NCBI GenBank assembly: GCA_965261845.1
Contig: OZ253475.1
Location: forward strand, 2,790,152 to 2,854,151
DNA length: 64,000 bases
DNA from: Candidatus Foliamicus sp.
GTDB taxonomy: Bacteria > Pseudomonadota > Gammaproteobacteria > Steroidobacterales > Foliamicaceae
Direction: 5' to 3'
The translations under genes were made by a program, and so were the position numbers. Of this stretch, positions 24,820 through 34,327 are shown in pieces (positions within the stretch are counted from its first letter, which is position 1; the number at the start of each line of letters is the position of its first letter). The notes beneath the pieces are model-generated. The model saw only the letters and a list, made by a program, of their open reading frames with translations. It made no database searches and had not been told where the DNA came from.

Positions 24820-25521
24820 TCACACCTTTGTGACGGTCCACAGCACCTTGCCGACGATGTGGGCGTCGCCGGCCGGGACCGTGTAGTTGGCGTAGTCCGC
24901 GTTGGCCGACTTCAGGCGCAGCCCGGACTCGCCCCCGGCGCTGGTCGCGCGCTCGACGCGCTTGACCACCAGCCCGTTGCCGTCCCAGAGCACGAACATC
25001 TCGCCGGTGGCGGGGACGCGCCGGGACGTATCGACGAGCAGCCGGTCGCCTTCGGAGAGCTCCGGTTCCATTGATTCGCCCCGCACCCGGAGCACTCGGA
25101 CGGCCCCTGGGACAGCGCCGCCCTCGTAGCGGATCATCCCCTCGGGCAGGAACCACCGCGCCTTCTCGTCAACATATTCGCCGGCGAGCGCCCCCGGCCC
25201 GGCCGAGGCCTCCACCTCCACCTCCGGGATGCTGGCGAGCGGCACGAGTGAGTCCGCCGGCCCGACGGGTCGGCGGGGCTTCGGCCCGCTGCCCTTGCGC
25301 CTCGGCGGACGCTGGGCGTGGTGCAGATTCTCGACCTTGCAGCCGAGCACCTCGGCGAGCTTCTCCGCGTCCCGGTGGGCGAGCACCTTGGGGGTGCCGC
25401 GCTCCAGGAACCCGTGCATGTAGCTGACGTTGCGGCCGATGGCGAGCGATGCCTCGCGCATGTTCAGTCCGCGCTTCCACAGCAGGTCGCGGATTTTTTG
25501 TCGCACCGGGTCCTTTTCCAT
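24820..25521 (-). CDS. CI/LexA-like repressor (XRE HTH plus S24 peptidase domain)
   Basis: 233 aa. N-terminal HTH (LNMREASLAIGRNVSYMHGFLERG). C-terminal S24 motifs (VRGESMEPELSEGDRLLVD ... LVVKRV). Confidence 0.8.
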   Translation of the reverse strand: MEKDPVRQKIRDLLWKRGLNMREASLAIGRNVSYMHGFLERGTPKVLAHRDAEKLAEVLGCKVENLHHAQRPPRRKGSGPKPRRPVGPADSLVPLASIPEVEVEASAGPGALAGEYVDEKARWFLPEGMIRYEGGAVPGAVRVLRVRGESMEPELSEGDRLLVDTSRRVPATGEMFVLWDGNGLVVKRVERATSAGGESGLRLKSANADYANYTVPAGDAHIVGKVLWTVTKV

Positions 25522-25613
25522 CGCAAGTCCTCGCGCGTGTGTCGCGTCCCGATAGCTTATTCACTAAAAGACACTATTGTCAACGATATTTCGTGCCCGT
25601 AAGGTTACGTGCC
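25522..25613. promoter_or_regulatory. Divergent intergenic region between the S24 repressor and the transfer-region regulators. It probably holds promoter and operator sites.
   Basis: 92-bp AT-richer gap between divergent genes. It contains the imperfect palindrome GACACTATTGTC. Function is inferred only from position. Confidence 0.3.
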
Positions 25614-26321
25614 ATGAACGACCTTGCACACCAACTCCGCGACACGGTACGGGCCTGGCTCAAGCGCACCGGTACCCCACCCGCGCGCCTGGGCGCCGAC
25701 GCCCTGGGCGACCCGTCCTTCGTGCTGCGGCTGATGCGTGGGCGCGTCCCGCGCGTGAACACCGCCGACAAGGTGCTCGCCTTCATCGGCGAGGAACCCG
25801 TCGGCCCCGTCTTCCGGGCTGAGATCGAAGCGTTCATCGAGACTACGCGCACCAAGGCCTACGTACTCGGGCATGACGCGGCGGGCGATCCCTCGTTCGT
25901 CGCGCGGCTGAGCCGGGGCGCCTCGCCCCGGCTCGACACCGTAGCGCGGGTGCGCGCCTGGATGGCGGCTCACTGCGGCGAGGCTGAGCGCGCGGCGATC
26001 CGCGCCGCGGTCGCTGGCGCGACAGCAGGGGCCGTTCGATCCAACGCGGCCGAATGCAACACAACCCCCACCAACAACAATGAAGGAGGCACTTCCATGA
26101 GCGAGCAACCGACCCACTACTTGGGCACGCGCGAGGCCGCAGCTTTCCTGCGGCTCTCGCCCCGCACGCTGGACCGCTACCGGGTCACCGGTGAGGGACC
26201 AGCGTTTCATAAGTTCGGCACCCGCATCCGCTACGCCCACGCCGATCTTGAGGATTGGGCCGCGGCGCGGCGGATGACCTCGACCTCCGACGACCGCATG
26301 GGCGGCCGGAGGGTGGCCTGA
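25614..26321 (+). CDS. Hypothetical protein with two internal ~40-aa repeats, ending in a MerR/AlpA-type HTH. The HTH part may also be made separately.
   Basis: The repeats are GADALGDPSFVLRLMRGRVPRVNTADKVLAFI and GHDAAGDPSFVARLSRGASPRLDTVARVRAWM. A strong internal SD (GAAGGAGG) with ATG at 26097 precedes MSEQPTHYLGTREAAAFLRLSPRTLDRYRVTGEGPAFHKFGTRIRYAHADLEDW. Confidence 0.6.
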   Translation: MNDLAHQLRDTVRAWLKRTGTPPARLGADALGDPSFVLRLMRGRVPRVNTADKVLAFIGEEPVGPVFRAEIEAFIETTRTKAYVLGHDAAGDPSFVARLSRGASPRLDTVARVRAWMAAHCGEAERAAIRAAVAGATAGAVRSNAAECNTTPTNNNEGGTSMSEQPTHYLGTREAAAFLRLSPRTLDRYRVTGEGPAFHKFGTRIRYAHADLEDWAAARRMTSTSDDRMGGRRVA

Positions 26322-26659
26322 TGGTGCGTCGTGCGCGGCAAATCGTGGGCACTGCGCTTTCGTTTGAGAACGTCCGCACGCTGGCCGCCTTCGCCGTCGC
26401 GGCGCTGGCGCTGGTATTCGGAGCCGATCCGGCCTTCGCCTCGACGGACGCGACCTTCCAGGGGCCGCTGGACACGGTGACCGGCATCGTCGGGGGCACC
26501 GGCGGGCAGCTCGCCGCCACGCTGGCGGTGGGTGCGGCGCTGGTCGGCTCGGTGCTGCGTTTCAACACGCAGCAGCTCATGGGAGCGGTCGGCGTCGGCG
26601 TCGCCGCGGGCGCGGGAGTCGGCATCGTCACCAGCCTGGTCGGCACGGCCATCGTCTGA
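26321..26659 (+). CDS. Putative conjugative pilin precursor
   Basis: 112 aa. Long leader ending AFA/STD, two hydrophobic segments, Gly/Ala-rich. First gene of the tra operon immediately before traL. TGATG overlap with the upstream ORF. Confidence 0.55.
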   Translation: MVRRARQIVGTALSFENVRTLAAFAVAALALVFGADPAFASTDATFQGPLDTVTGIVGGTGGQLAATLAVGAALVGSVLRFNTQQLMGAVGVGVAAGAGVGIVTSLVGTAIV

Positions 26660-26664
26660 AGGCG

Positions 26665-26958
26665 ATGAGCGATACCGCGCGCCACGCCATTCCCCGGCGT
26701 CTCGACGATCCCGAACGCTGGCTGTTCTGGACGGTCGACGAGGCCGCGGCCCTGCTGGGTCCGGCCCTGCTCGGGCTCGCCGCCAACGCTTTCGTGACCG
26801 GCTTGGTCGCGGGCATCGGCGGCTGGCTGCTGCTGCGCCGGATCAAGCGCGGCGCCGGCGGGAAGGTTGTGCGCTACGCGCTGTACTGGTTCCTCCCGGA
26901 CTTTGCGCTGCGGCTTAAAAGCACGCCGCCGAGCCATGTCCGCCGCTACCTGGGCTGA
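26665..26958 (+). CDS. traL: F-type T4SS protein TraL
   Basis: 97 aa. IPRRLDDPERWLFWTVDEA.. and ..YALYWFLP....PPSHVRRYLG fit the TraL pattern. Confidence 0.8.
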   Translation: MSDTARHAIPRRLDDPERWLFWTVDEAAALLGPALLGLAANAFVTGLVAGIGGWLLLRRIKRGAGGKVVRYALYWFLPDFALRLKSTPPSHVRRYLG

Positions 26959-26963
26959 GGGCC

Positions 26964-27521
26964 ATGCGCCGGGAGGTTCGAGAGGCCGAGGGCCGCAAAG
27001 CCCGCGACGCGCGCCTCGCGCTGGCGGTGCTGCTGGGGCTATCGCTGATTGCCAACCTGACGCTCTCGGTCGGTCTTGCCGGCCGCGAGGCCGTGACCGT
27101 GCTGGTGCCGGCGGTGTCCGGCCCGGTGTGGGAGGTCGGGAGCAGTTGGGCGGGCCGGCGCTATCTGGAGGACGCGGCGCGCACCGTGGCGGTGACGCTG
27201 CTGACGCTGACGCCGGAGAACGCGGGATTCGTGCGCCAGGCGGTCGCGCGATTGAGCCACGCCTCGGCCCGGGGCGCGATCGGCGCCTGGGTTGCGGCGG
27301 AAGCGGAACGCATGGCCCGTCGCGACCTGTCGAGCGCCTTTTATCCGTGGCACATCGAGGCCGACCCGGAAACGCTGACGGTCGAGGTGCGAGGAGAACT
27401 CGCCACCTGGATCGGGCGCGAGGAGTCTGCGCGCGAGCGTAAGGCCTACCGGCTCGTCTTCCGAGTCGACGGCGGACGGTTGGGCCTTTTGCGATTCGAG
27501 GACCTGGAGGACGAACAATGA
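26964..27521 (+). CDS. traE: F-type T4SS protein TraE
   Basis: 185 aa with an N-terminal TM. Size and position (traL-traE-traK) fit. Confidence 0.7.
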   Translation: MRREVREAEGRKARDARLALAVLLGLSLIANLTLSVGLAGREAVTVLVPAVSGPVWEVGSSWAGRRYLEDAARTVAVTLLTLTPENAGFVRQAVARLSHASARGAIGAWVAAEAERMARRDLSSAFYPWHIEADPETLTVEVRGELATWIGREESARERKAYRLVFRVDGGRLGLLRFEDLEDEQ

Positions 27522-28411
27522 AAACGATGACTTCGAGGCGGCTGCTGGGCGCACTGGCCGTCGCTTCCTTTGTGAATATGCACGCGGTCTTCGCCGTCGC
27601 GGCACCGACGGCGAGCACACGCATTCTCGATGCCGCCGACCACGCCGAGCTCGCCGTCGAAGTGTCGGCGAACGGGGTGGTCCGGGTGGCGCTCTTGGAC
27701 GACCGGATCGCGCGGGTGATTCGGGCTTCAAGCGGGTTCGAGGTGGAGCACGACCCCGCGGCGGGCGATCTGTATCTCCGGCCCGCTTCTGAATCCGCCA
27801 CACCGCAGGTGCCCGCCGCACCGCAGGTGTCCGCCGCACCGCAGGTGTCCGCCGCACCGCAGGTACCCGCCACACCGCAGGTACCCGCCACACCGCAGGT
27901 GTCCGTGGTGCTGTTCGTCGGATCGGAGAAGGGCTTGACCTACCGGTTGACGCTGACCCCGATTGCGGGCGGTCCGGCGCAGATCCTGATCCGCAATGCT
28001 CACGCGGAAGCCGCGGGCCCGGCGCCGGTGGCGCGCAATCCCCGCATCGCCGCCATCGCCGGACTGGTCCGGGCGGTGGCCAACGGCACGCCGCCGGCGG
28101 GTTACGCGGTCGAGCCGGGCGACCAGAATCTCGCCGCCACCGCGGAAATCGTCGCGCTCGAATTCTGGCGCGGGCCGCGCTATGAGGCGGGGCTGGTCGC
28201 CCTGGGCGCCGACGCCCCCGTGGACGCAGCGGCGCTGGCCGCGCTGCTGGGTCCGGACGTGGCGGCGGTCTGGATCGCCGGGCCCGCGGTCGGCAGGCCC
28301 CTGCGGGGCGGCAGGCTTGCGGACGGCAGTCCGGCGGCGGGACGCTACGTGGTGGACCGCGTCCGCTCGGGCCGTTTGGCGGTGGTCGTGCGCGAGGCGG
28401 GCGAGCGATGA
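27518..28411 (+). CDS. traK: F-type T4SS protein TraK (secretin-like), with a hexapeptide repeat insert
   Basis: 297 aa with a signal peptide. Position fits TraK. It contains 6 copies of PQV(P/S)A(A/T). Confidence 0.7.
   Translation: MKTMTSRRLLGALAVASFVNMHAVFAVAAPTASTRILDAADHAELAVEVSANGVVRVALLDDRIARVIRASSGFEVEHDPAAGDLYLRPASESATPQVPAAPQVSAAPQVSAAPQVPATPQVPATPQVSVVLFVGSEKGLTYRLTLTPIAGGPAQILIRNAHAEAAGPAPVARNPRIAAIAGLVRAVANGTPPAGYAVEPGDQNLAATAEIVALEFWRGPRYEAGLVALGADAPVDAAALAALLGPDVAAVWIAGPAVGRPLRGGRLADGSPAAGRYVVDRVRSGRLAVVVREAGER
27797..27904 (+). repeat. 18-bp tandem repeat, 6 copies, inside traK
   Basis: GCC(A/G)CACCGCAGGT(G/A)(C/T)CC, six in-frame copies. Confidence 0.95.
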
Positions 28412-29711
28412 GGGGTGGAGCTTCCACCCCGCGGGGATCCCGCCACACGGGGGCCGACGCGCCCGACGGCGGCGCCCGCCAGGTGCGCAACCGCCAGATT
28501 CTGCTGTTCTCGTCGGTCGCGGCGGTGGCGCTGGTCGCGATCGCCGTGTGGCTGTCGGGTTCCGGCGGCAAGGCGCCCGCGCCCGACGCGCTCATCGCGG
28601 CGGAAGTAGCCGGGCCCGACACCGCGGAGGACACCTGGACGCGGCGCTCCGAGGCGCGAATCGGCACGGTGGAGGCGGACTTGCGCGAGCTGCGCAACGC
28701 CAACCGTCAGCTCGCCGACGAGAACCGCAGGCTCTTAGAAGAGATTGGCCGAAACGCCGACGAGGCCAAAGGCATTATCGACCGCCTCACGGCGGCGCTT
28801 GGCGACCGCCTGGAGGCGGGGCCACCGGAACCGGACGCGCGAGCGCCATTCGCCGACGTGTTCGCGCCGGGGGGCGCTGCGCGCGGCAGCACTGCGCACA
28901 GCAACACTGCGCACGGCGGTGAAGCTTCCGCTGCGCCCGACCGTTCTGCCGCCCCGCAGGGGCTGATCGAGCGCTTTTCGCTCGACGATGCGGTGTTCCG
29001 GGAGGCCGATGGCGAGGACGCCAGGCCGCTTTCGCTTTGGCTGCCGGCCGGCAGCCACGCCGAGGCGGTGGTGATCGCCGGGGTGGACGCCTCCGCCGGG
29101 GTCGCCTCCCAGGGCGATCCGCGCCCGGTGCTTCTAAGGATCACGGGCCCCGCCTGGACGGCGGCGGAGGACGGGACGGCGCAAACGGTCGATCTTGACG
29201 GCTGCACCGTTACCGGCGCCGCCTATGGGGATCTGTCGTCGGAAAAGATCTACGCGCGGCTGCGCACCTTGACCTGTTCAGGGGACGAGCCCGGCACTGT
29301 CGTCGAGACCGAAGTGGCCGGGTTCGTCGCCGGCGCCGGCAAGGCCGGCGTGCGGGGACCGGTCGTGAGCCGCGAGGGCGCGCTGGTGCAGAAGGCGTTT
29401 TCGCGGGGCTGGTGTCCGGCGTCGGCCAGAGCGTTTCAAACGCGTTCGCGCCTCGCGCGGTTGCGACCGGGAGCAACGCGGCGGCGCTCGCCAACACCGG
29501 GCTCGACGAGATCGGTCGCGCCGGCATTGGCGCAGGCGCCTCCTCGGCGGGCCGGCGGGTCTCCGACTACCTGATCCGCCGCGCCGAACAGTACCAGCCG
29601 GTGATCCAGCTTATGGCCGGCACGGAGGTGACCGTGGTGTTTCTCGAAGGCACGCGGCTCGACGGCCGGCCCGACACCCAATCCCAACGGAGAAAGAACA
29701 ATGACGGTTGA
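28408..29711 (+). pseudogene. traB: F-type T4SS protein TraB, with a reading-frame break near 29.39-29.40 kb
   Basis: ORF 28408-29574 carries the TM, coiled coil and ..GKAGVRGPVVSREGALVQKAF. The conserved C-terminus (AGLVSGVGQSVSNAF...VSDYLIRRAEQYQPVIQLMAGTEVTVVFLEG) is in the -1 frame (29412-29711 ORF). The switch lies at or near a T4 run (29398-29401). Confidence 0.75.
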
Positions 29712-30309
29712 GAACCTGAACACCCGCCGGCGCCTGCTCGCGCCGGCGATGGCGGCCGCTGTCGCCGTGATGCTCGCGGGCTGCACCGCGACCCATATCG
29801 GCGAAGACTGGCAGTGCCCCCCCGCCCAGGGCACGCAGTGCACCAGCGTCGCCGCTGCCGATCCGATGGTGAAGCGCCTTGCGGGGGGCGGACTTCTCGC
29901 AGGGGAACGTGCCGGAACACAAGCGCCAATTGCGGCGCTCGGAGACGGGCATCACGGCGCACCCGGCACTTCCATCGAAGCCGGCGGCGACGGTATCGGG
30001 CGCAACTGTCCCCCGCTCTGCCGGGCCTTTCGGTGGTTCGCCCGGCTTCTGGAAACCGATGCCGAAGGCGACGCGGCCGAACCTTCGGCTGCGCCGGCGC
30101 CCGCCGAGCACGACGCAGCAGCGGATGAGCACGCGGACAAGGGCAAACGTTCCGGCGCGGCAGACGAACCGCCGAGAGATGCTGCCCTGCGCCGGCCCGA
30201 GACGATCGGGCGGGTGTGGATCGCGCCGTACGTGGACGGCGATGGCGTCTACCGCGAGGGCGCTTGGGTGCGCATCGTGATCGCGCCCGCGGCGTGGGGG
30301 CGACCCTGA
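29701..30309 (+). CDS. traV: F-type T4SS lipoprotein TraV
   Basis: Lipobox MLAGC, a CPPAQGTQC motif, and C-terminal RPETIGRVWIAPYVDGDGVY typical of TraV. Confidence 0.8.
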   Translation: MTVENLNTRRRLLAPAMAAAVAVMLAGCTATHIGEDWQCPPAQGTQCTSVAAADPMVKRLAGGGLLAGERAGTQAPIAALGDGHHGAPGTSIEAGGDGIGRNCPPLCRAFRWFARLLETDAEGDAAEPSAAPAPAEHDAAADEHADKGKRSGAADEPPRDAALRRPETIGRVWIAPYVDGDGVYREGAWVRIVIAPAAWGRP

Positions 30310-32915
30310 TGCTCAAGCGCCTCGGGGACCTGTTTGAGGGGCCGGCTGGGCTTGAGCCGTGGACGCCGCCGGAGGTCCCGGCGGCGCTGAACGGGCTGTT
30401 GCCCTGGCGCGCCTTCGACGAGGCTAGCGAGCTCTACGTCAACGCTTCAAGCGTCGGGTTCGCGATCGAGATCCCGCCGTTCGCCGGGATCGACGCCGAG
30501 ACTTTGGGCGCGCTTTCGGGCACGCTCGCCGACGCGGCGCCAGAGCGCTGCACGGTGCAGGTGATCCACTGGGCGAGCCCCCGGTTCGGGGCGGCGCTCG
30601 ACGCCTGGGGCGCGCCGCGCCGGAACGCGGGTCCGGTGCAGGCGGCGATGCGCGAGCGCCGCGAGCGGCTGCTGTCGCACGCGGGCTGGCGAGCGCTCCA
30701 TTCCGGCGGTCCGCCCTTTACGCTCTCCGACTACCGGGTGTTCGTGTGCGCGGCGCTGCCGGGACCGCCGGGTCCTGTGCCCGAGACCGCGCTCAGCGGT
30801 TTTCGGCGGGCGCTCGAGGGCACGCTGGCCTCGGCCGGCGCCGCGGCGAGGCGGCTCCACCCCGACGATCTGCTTTCGCTCGCCATCGAACTCATCGCGC
30901 CGGATATGGCCGGGACGCCGGGCGGCGGGTTGGCCCGCCCCGGGCTGGGCCGCTCCGGGTTGGCCCGCCCGCGGCGGCGCTGGTCGCCCCGCGATCCGCT
31001 GCACATGCAATGCGCGGCCCCCGGGCGCGCGCTCACGGTCGCGCCGGCGGGGCTGGTGTTCCATAATCCCGACGGAAGCGACGTGGCGGTGCGGGTGCTC
31101 ACCGCGGCGGCCTTCCCGGAAGTCTGGCCGGGCTGGCGGGGCAACGCGCTGATCGGCGACTTCCACCGCGAGTTTCTGCAGCCGGGCTGTCCGGTCCTGA
31201 CCTGCCTCACGGTCGTGACCGGCGACGAGGCCGCCATCGATCGGGCGGTTTTCAAAGCCGCGCGCGCCACACAGCAGGCCGGCACCGGCATCGCCCGCTA
31301 CCTGCCGGGGTTACCGGAGAAGGCCCGCGACTGGCGGTTCGTCACCGAGCGCCTCAAGGACGGCGAGCGGCTGGTGCGCGCGGCCTACACGGCCGCGGTC
31401 TACGCCCCGCTCGACGCCATCGACGAGGCCGAGCAGGCGGTGCGCGCGATCTACCACGGCCAGGGCTGGCGAATGGCCGCCGAGCGCTACGTGCAACTGC
31501 CGTCCTGGCTCGCGGGCCTGCCGATGGTCCCGGCCGGCGGGCTTGGCGACGATCTGGAGCGCATGGGCCGCATGAAGACCCTGCTCACGTCCGCGGCGGT
31601 CAACCTCGCCCCGGTGCACGGCGAGTGGCGCGGCCAGCCGGCAACGCCCGACACGCCCCCGGCGCTGCTGCTTATCGGGCGCCGCGGCCAGCCCGCCGGC
31701 TGGTCGCCGTTCGCCAACACGGCCGGCAACTACAACGTCGCGGTTACCGGCAAGTCGGGCTCGGGCAAATCCGTGCTGATGCAGGAACTGGTCGCAGGCA
31801 TCGTCGGGGCGGGCGGCGAGGCGGTCGTCATCGACGATGGGCGGTCGTTCCAGCACGCCGCCGAGGCCTTGGGCGGGACGTTCATCGCGTTCGGCAAGGA
31901 TCCCGCCTGCCTCAACCCGTTCGCAATGATTGATTCCGCCGCCGCGCAAGCGGACGGCGACTACCGCGAGGAGTGTTTTGCAATGCTCGCCGGCGTGCTG
32001 TCCCGCATGTGCCGGAGAAGGGGGGGCATTGACGACATCGAGGCGGCGCTGATCAACGAGGCGATCGCCGAGGCCTGGGACGAGGCCGGCGATACCGCGG
32101 ATCTCGCCACGGTGCGCCGGCGGCTGGCGGCGCGCGAGGACCGCCGGGCGGCGGACATGGCCACCGCGCTCGGCCCCTGGTGCCCGGGCGGGTCGATGGG
32201 CCGGCTGTTCGAGGGATCGGCGGTTCCGGACTTGAGCGGCGCGGTCACCGTGTTCGAGCTCGCCGAGCTCAAGGGCCGTGGCGACCTGCAGGCGGTGGTG
32301 CTGATGCTGGTGGTGTTTCTGGCCACCCAGCGCATGTACCACGGCGAGCGCACGCGGGCGAAGGCCATCGTCATCGACGAGGCCTGGGACCTGCTCTCGG
32401 GCGAGGACAGCCGGGCGTTCCTGGAGGGCGCGGCGCGGCGGGCGCGCAAGTACCGCGGCGCGCTGGTCACCGGCACGCAATCGGTCAACGACTACTACGC
32501 CAATCCCGCGGCGCGGGCCGCCTGGGAGAACTCCGACTGGGTGATCTTCCTCGCCCAGAAAGACGAATCCGTCGAGCTGCTCAAGTCCGAGAAGCGCATC
32601 CACTGCGACCCCGGCATGGAGCAGGCGCTGAAAAGCCTGACCACGGCCGACGGGCGCTTCGCCGAACTCGTGCTGCACGGCCCGGACGGCTGGCGCGTGG
32701 CGCGCCTGGTGCTCGATCCGTGGTCGGTAGCGCTGTTCTCCTCGCGCGGACCGGCGTTCGCCGAGGTTGAGCGGCTCAAGGCGGAAGGTTTGTCCACGGT
32801 GGAGGCCATCGACCGGGTCGTCGGCGCGGAGCGGCCGACCGTTGCTGCGAAGCCGCAAAGCGACGGCCCGTATTCCGAACCCGACCAAGCTGATCAACAC
32901 CGAGGACGCGAATGA
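30309..32915 (+). CDS. traC: F-type T4SS ATPase TraC (VirB4 family)
   Basis: ~868 aa. The ATG overlaps the traV stop (TGATG). Walker A is VAVTGKSGSGKSVLMQEL; Walker B-like is AIVIDEAWDLL. Confidence 0.9.
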   Translation: MLKRLGDLFEGPAGLEPWTPPEVPAALNGLLPWRAFDEASELYVNASSVGFAIEIPPFAGIDAETLGALSGTLADAAPERCTVQVIHWASPRFGAALDAWGAPRRNAGPVQAAMRERRERLLSHAGWRALHSGGPPFTLSDYRVFVCAALPGPPGPVPETALSGFRRALEGTLASAGAAARRLHPDDLLSLAIELIAPDMAGTPGGGLARPGLGRSGLARPRRRWSPRDPLHMQCAAPGRALTVAPAGLVFHNPDGSDVAVRVLTAAAFPEVWPGWRGNALIGDFHREFLQPGCPVLTCLTVVTGDEAAIDRAVFKAARATQQAGTGIARYLPGLPEKARDWRFVTERLKDGERLVRAAYTAAVYAPLDAIDEAEQAVRAIYHGQGWRMAAERYVQLPSWLAGLPMVPAGGLGDDLERMGRMKTLLTSAAVNLAPVHGEWRGQPATPDTPPALLLIGRRGQPAGWSPFANTAGNYNVAVTGKSGSGKSVLMQELVAGIVGAGGEAVVIDDGRSFQHAAEALGGTFIAFGKDPACLNPFAMIDSAAAQADGDYREECFAMLAGVLSRMCRRRGGIDDIEAALINEAIAEAWDEAGDTADLATVRRRLAAREDRRAADMATALGPWCPGGSMGRLFEGSAVPDLSGAVTVFELAELKGRGDLQAVVLMLVVFLATQRMYHGERTRAKAIVIDEAWDLLSGEDSRAFLEGAARRARKYRGALVTGTQSVNDYYANPAARAAWENSDWVIFLAQKDESVELLKSEKRIHCDPGMEQALKSLTTADGRFAELVLHGPDGWRVARLVLDPWSVALFSSRGPAFAEVERLKAEGLSTVEAIDRVVGAERPTVAAKPQSDGPYSEPDQADQHRGRE

Positions 32916-33595
32916 GCGCACCCACAACCCAACGCATGCGCGAAATCGACGGGTCGTCTGCCCGCCTTGCGCAGCAACTCGCCTGGCCGGGCGACCCGGC
33001 CGGGCTGACGGCCACCGGCATCAAATTCGAGGCGCTGGCCCATGTGCTGGCGAACACCTGCCGTTGGGGCGGGCGCACCCGCCGGTTCTATTCCGTCGCG
33101 CAGCGCGCGGTGGTGGCCAGCGAGGCCATCGAGGCGCTCGACGGGCTGGCGCCGGAGGAGTGCCGGACCCTGGCCCTGCGCGCGCTTCTCACGGAGGCGA
33201 GGATCGCCTGGCTGGGGGATGTACCGGGGGGCGGTCCGGCATCGGCGAGGGCCGCCGAGCGGGCCCGGCGCGATGGCGCGGCGATCGACCGCGCGGTGCT
33301 TGAGGCGGCTGGAGTCGACGGCGACCCGACGCCCGAACAGGCCGACCTGCTGCGCTTCGTCGCCCGCATGACCGATGCCGCCGAGCGGCGCGATCTCGCG
33401 GATGCCGAAATCGATGCCGGCGCGGGGGCCGCGTTCCCGCCGCTGAAGCGCCGCATCCGCCCGGTCGAGCCGGGACGGGCGGCAATGCTCTGGCTCAGCC
33501 GCTTCCGCGAACTCGCCGGACCGGCCGCTGGCGCCGCTGCGGGCAAGGCTGGCGCGGGCGCCGGCGTCACAAACCCGAAACCAAACACCGAATAG
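32912..33595 (+). CDS. Hypothetical protein in the tra operon
   Basis: 227 aa, overlapping the traC stop. The only weak resemblance is to HD-type hydrolases (..RFYSVAQRAVV..), and the His is not conserved. Confidence 0.45.
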   Translation: MSAPTTQRMREIDGSSARLAQQLAWPGDPAGLTATGIKFEALAHVLANTCRWGGRTRRFYSVAQRAVVASEAIEALDGLAPEECRTLALRALLTEARIAWLGDVPGGGPASARAAERARRDGAAIDRAVLEAAGVDGDPTPEQADLLRFVARMTDAAERRDLADAEIDAGAGAAFPPLKRRIRPVEPGRAAMLWLSRFRELAGPAAGAAAGKAGAGAGVTNPKPNTE

Positions 33596-33605
33596 GAGAA
33601 AGACG

Positions 33606-33935
33606 ATGTCGCGCACCTATCGCGGAACCGCACGGAGAAACCGGAGCATGAGACGGACGCAGGGAACGAAGACCGGCCGCTGGCGGCGTGACCGCCGCCG
33701 CGCCCCAAAGCTGAGAGTGGTCCGCGAGGCCGAGGACGTGTTTCGCGCGGCCATTCTCGCGGGACTGCTTTCGGCCGAGCGTTCGGACCTTCGTTGGGCC
33801 GGGCACTACTTCTACATGTTCCACGACGAGGACGGGACCGCCTGGTTCAAACACCGCGACACCCGCGCCTACCTCGCGTTCTCGCCACGCCGCGAGGCCG
33901 AAGCCGGCTGCAATTCCGAGAGGCACGGGACGTGA
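33606..33935 (+). CDS. Hypothetical basic protein
   Basis: 109 aa with an Arg-rich N-terminus. Position in the operon is the only support. Confidence 0.35.
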   Translation: MSRTYRGTARRNRSMRRTQGTKTGRWRRDRRRAPKLRVVREAEDVFRAAILAGLLSAERSDLRWAGHYFYMFHDEDGTAWFKHRDTRAYLAFSPRREAEAGCNSERHGT

Positions 33936-34327
33936 ACGAACTGCGACTGCTCGGCTGCGCCGTATTGCTCAACCTGGGCGTCGCGGCGGTGGTCGGCGTC
34001 GGGATCGCGCGGCACATGGTCGAGGCGGTTCCGAGGATCGCCAGTGTGCGGCTTGCCGCACTCGTCGCCGAGCACGCGGAGACCGCTTCCCGCGGCGACC
34101 GTGGCGCGGAGGAGACGGCGGCGGCGACACGGGCCTGGGCCCGGGCGCTGGAAGACGCGCTCGCACAAGTCGCCGAGCGTCACGGCGCGGTGCTGCTGCC
34201 GGTGCGCGGCGTGGCCGCGGGCGCCCCCGACCTGACGGCCGAGGTCCGGGCCGAGATGGCGCGGGCCGTGCCGGGCAGCAGAGCGCTGGCGGCCCGCGAG
34301 GCGGCGGGCACAGAGGCGCGACCGTGA
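33932..34327 (+). CDS. trbI: TrbI-like (F-type) small membrane protein
   Basis: GTG start at 33932 overlapping the upstream stop. ~131 aa with an N-terminal TM (LLGCAVLLNLGVAAVVGVGI). Its position before traW matches other F-type clusters. Confidence 0.45.
   Translation: MNELRLLGCAVLLNLGVAAVVGVGIARHMVEAVPRIASVRLAALVAEHAETASRGDRGAEETAAATRAWARALEDALAQVAERHGAVLLPVRGVAAGAPDLTAEVRAEMARAVPGSRALAAREAAGTEARP

Noticed and set aside
26185-27891. Very long ORFs antisense to well-supported genes. Examples: 26185-27891(-) 568 aa, 27039-28703(-) 554 aa, 31311-32927(-) 538 aa, 44975-46876(-) 633 aa, 48310-50187(-) 625 aa, 11024-12346(-) 440 aa, 8958-10247(+) 429 aa and 16012-17490(+) 492 aa.
   Set aside because: Their composition is Arg/Pro/Gly/Ala-rich and of low complexity. 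They lie opposite genes with clear family signatures (tra genes, transposases). These are the typical shadow ORFs of GC-rich DNA.
29385-29415. The traB frame switch, considered as a programmed -1 ribosomal frameshift.
   Set aside because: There is no canonical slippery heptamer or downstream structure. A mutation or sequencing error at the T4 run is the simpler explanation.
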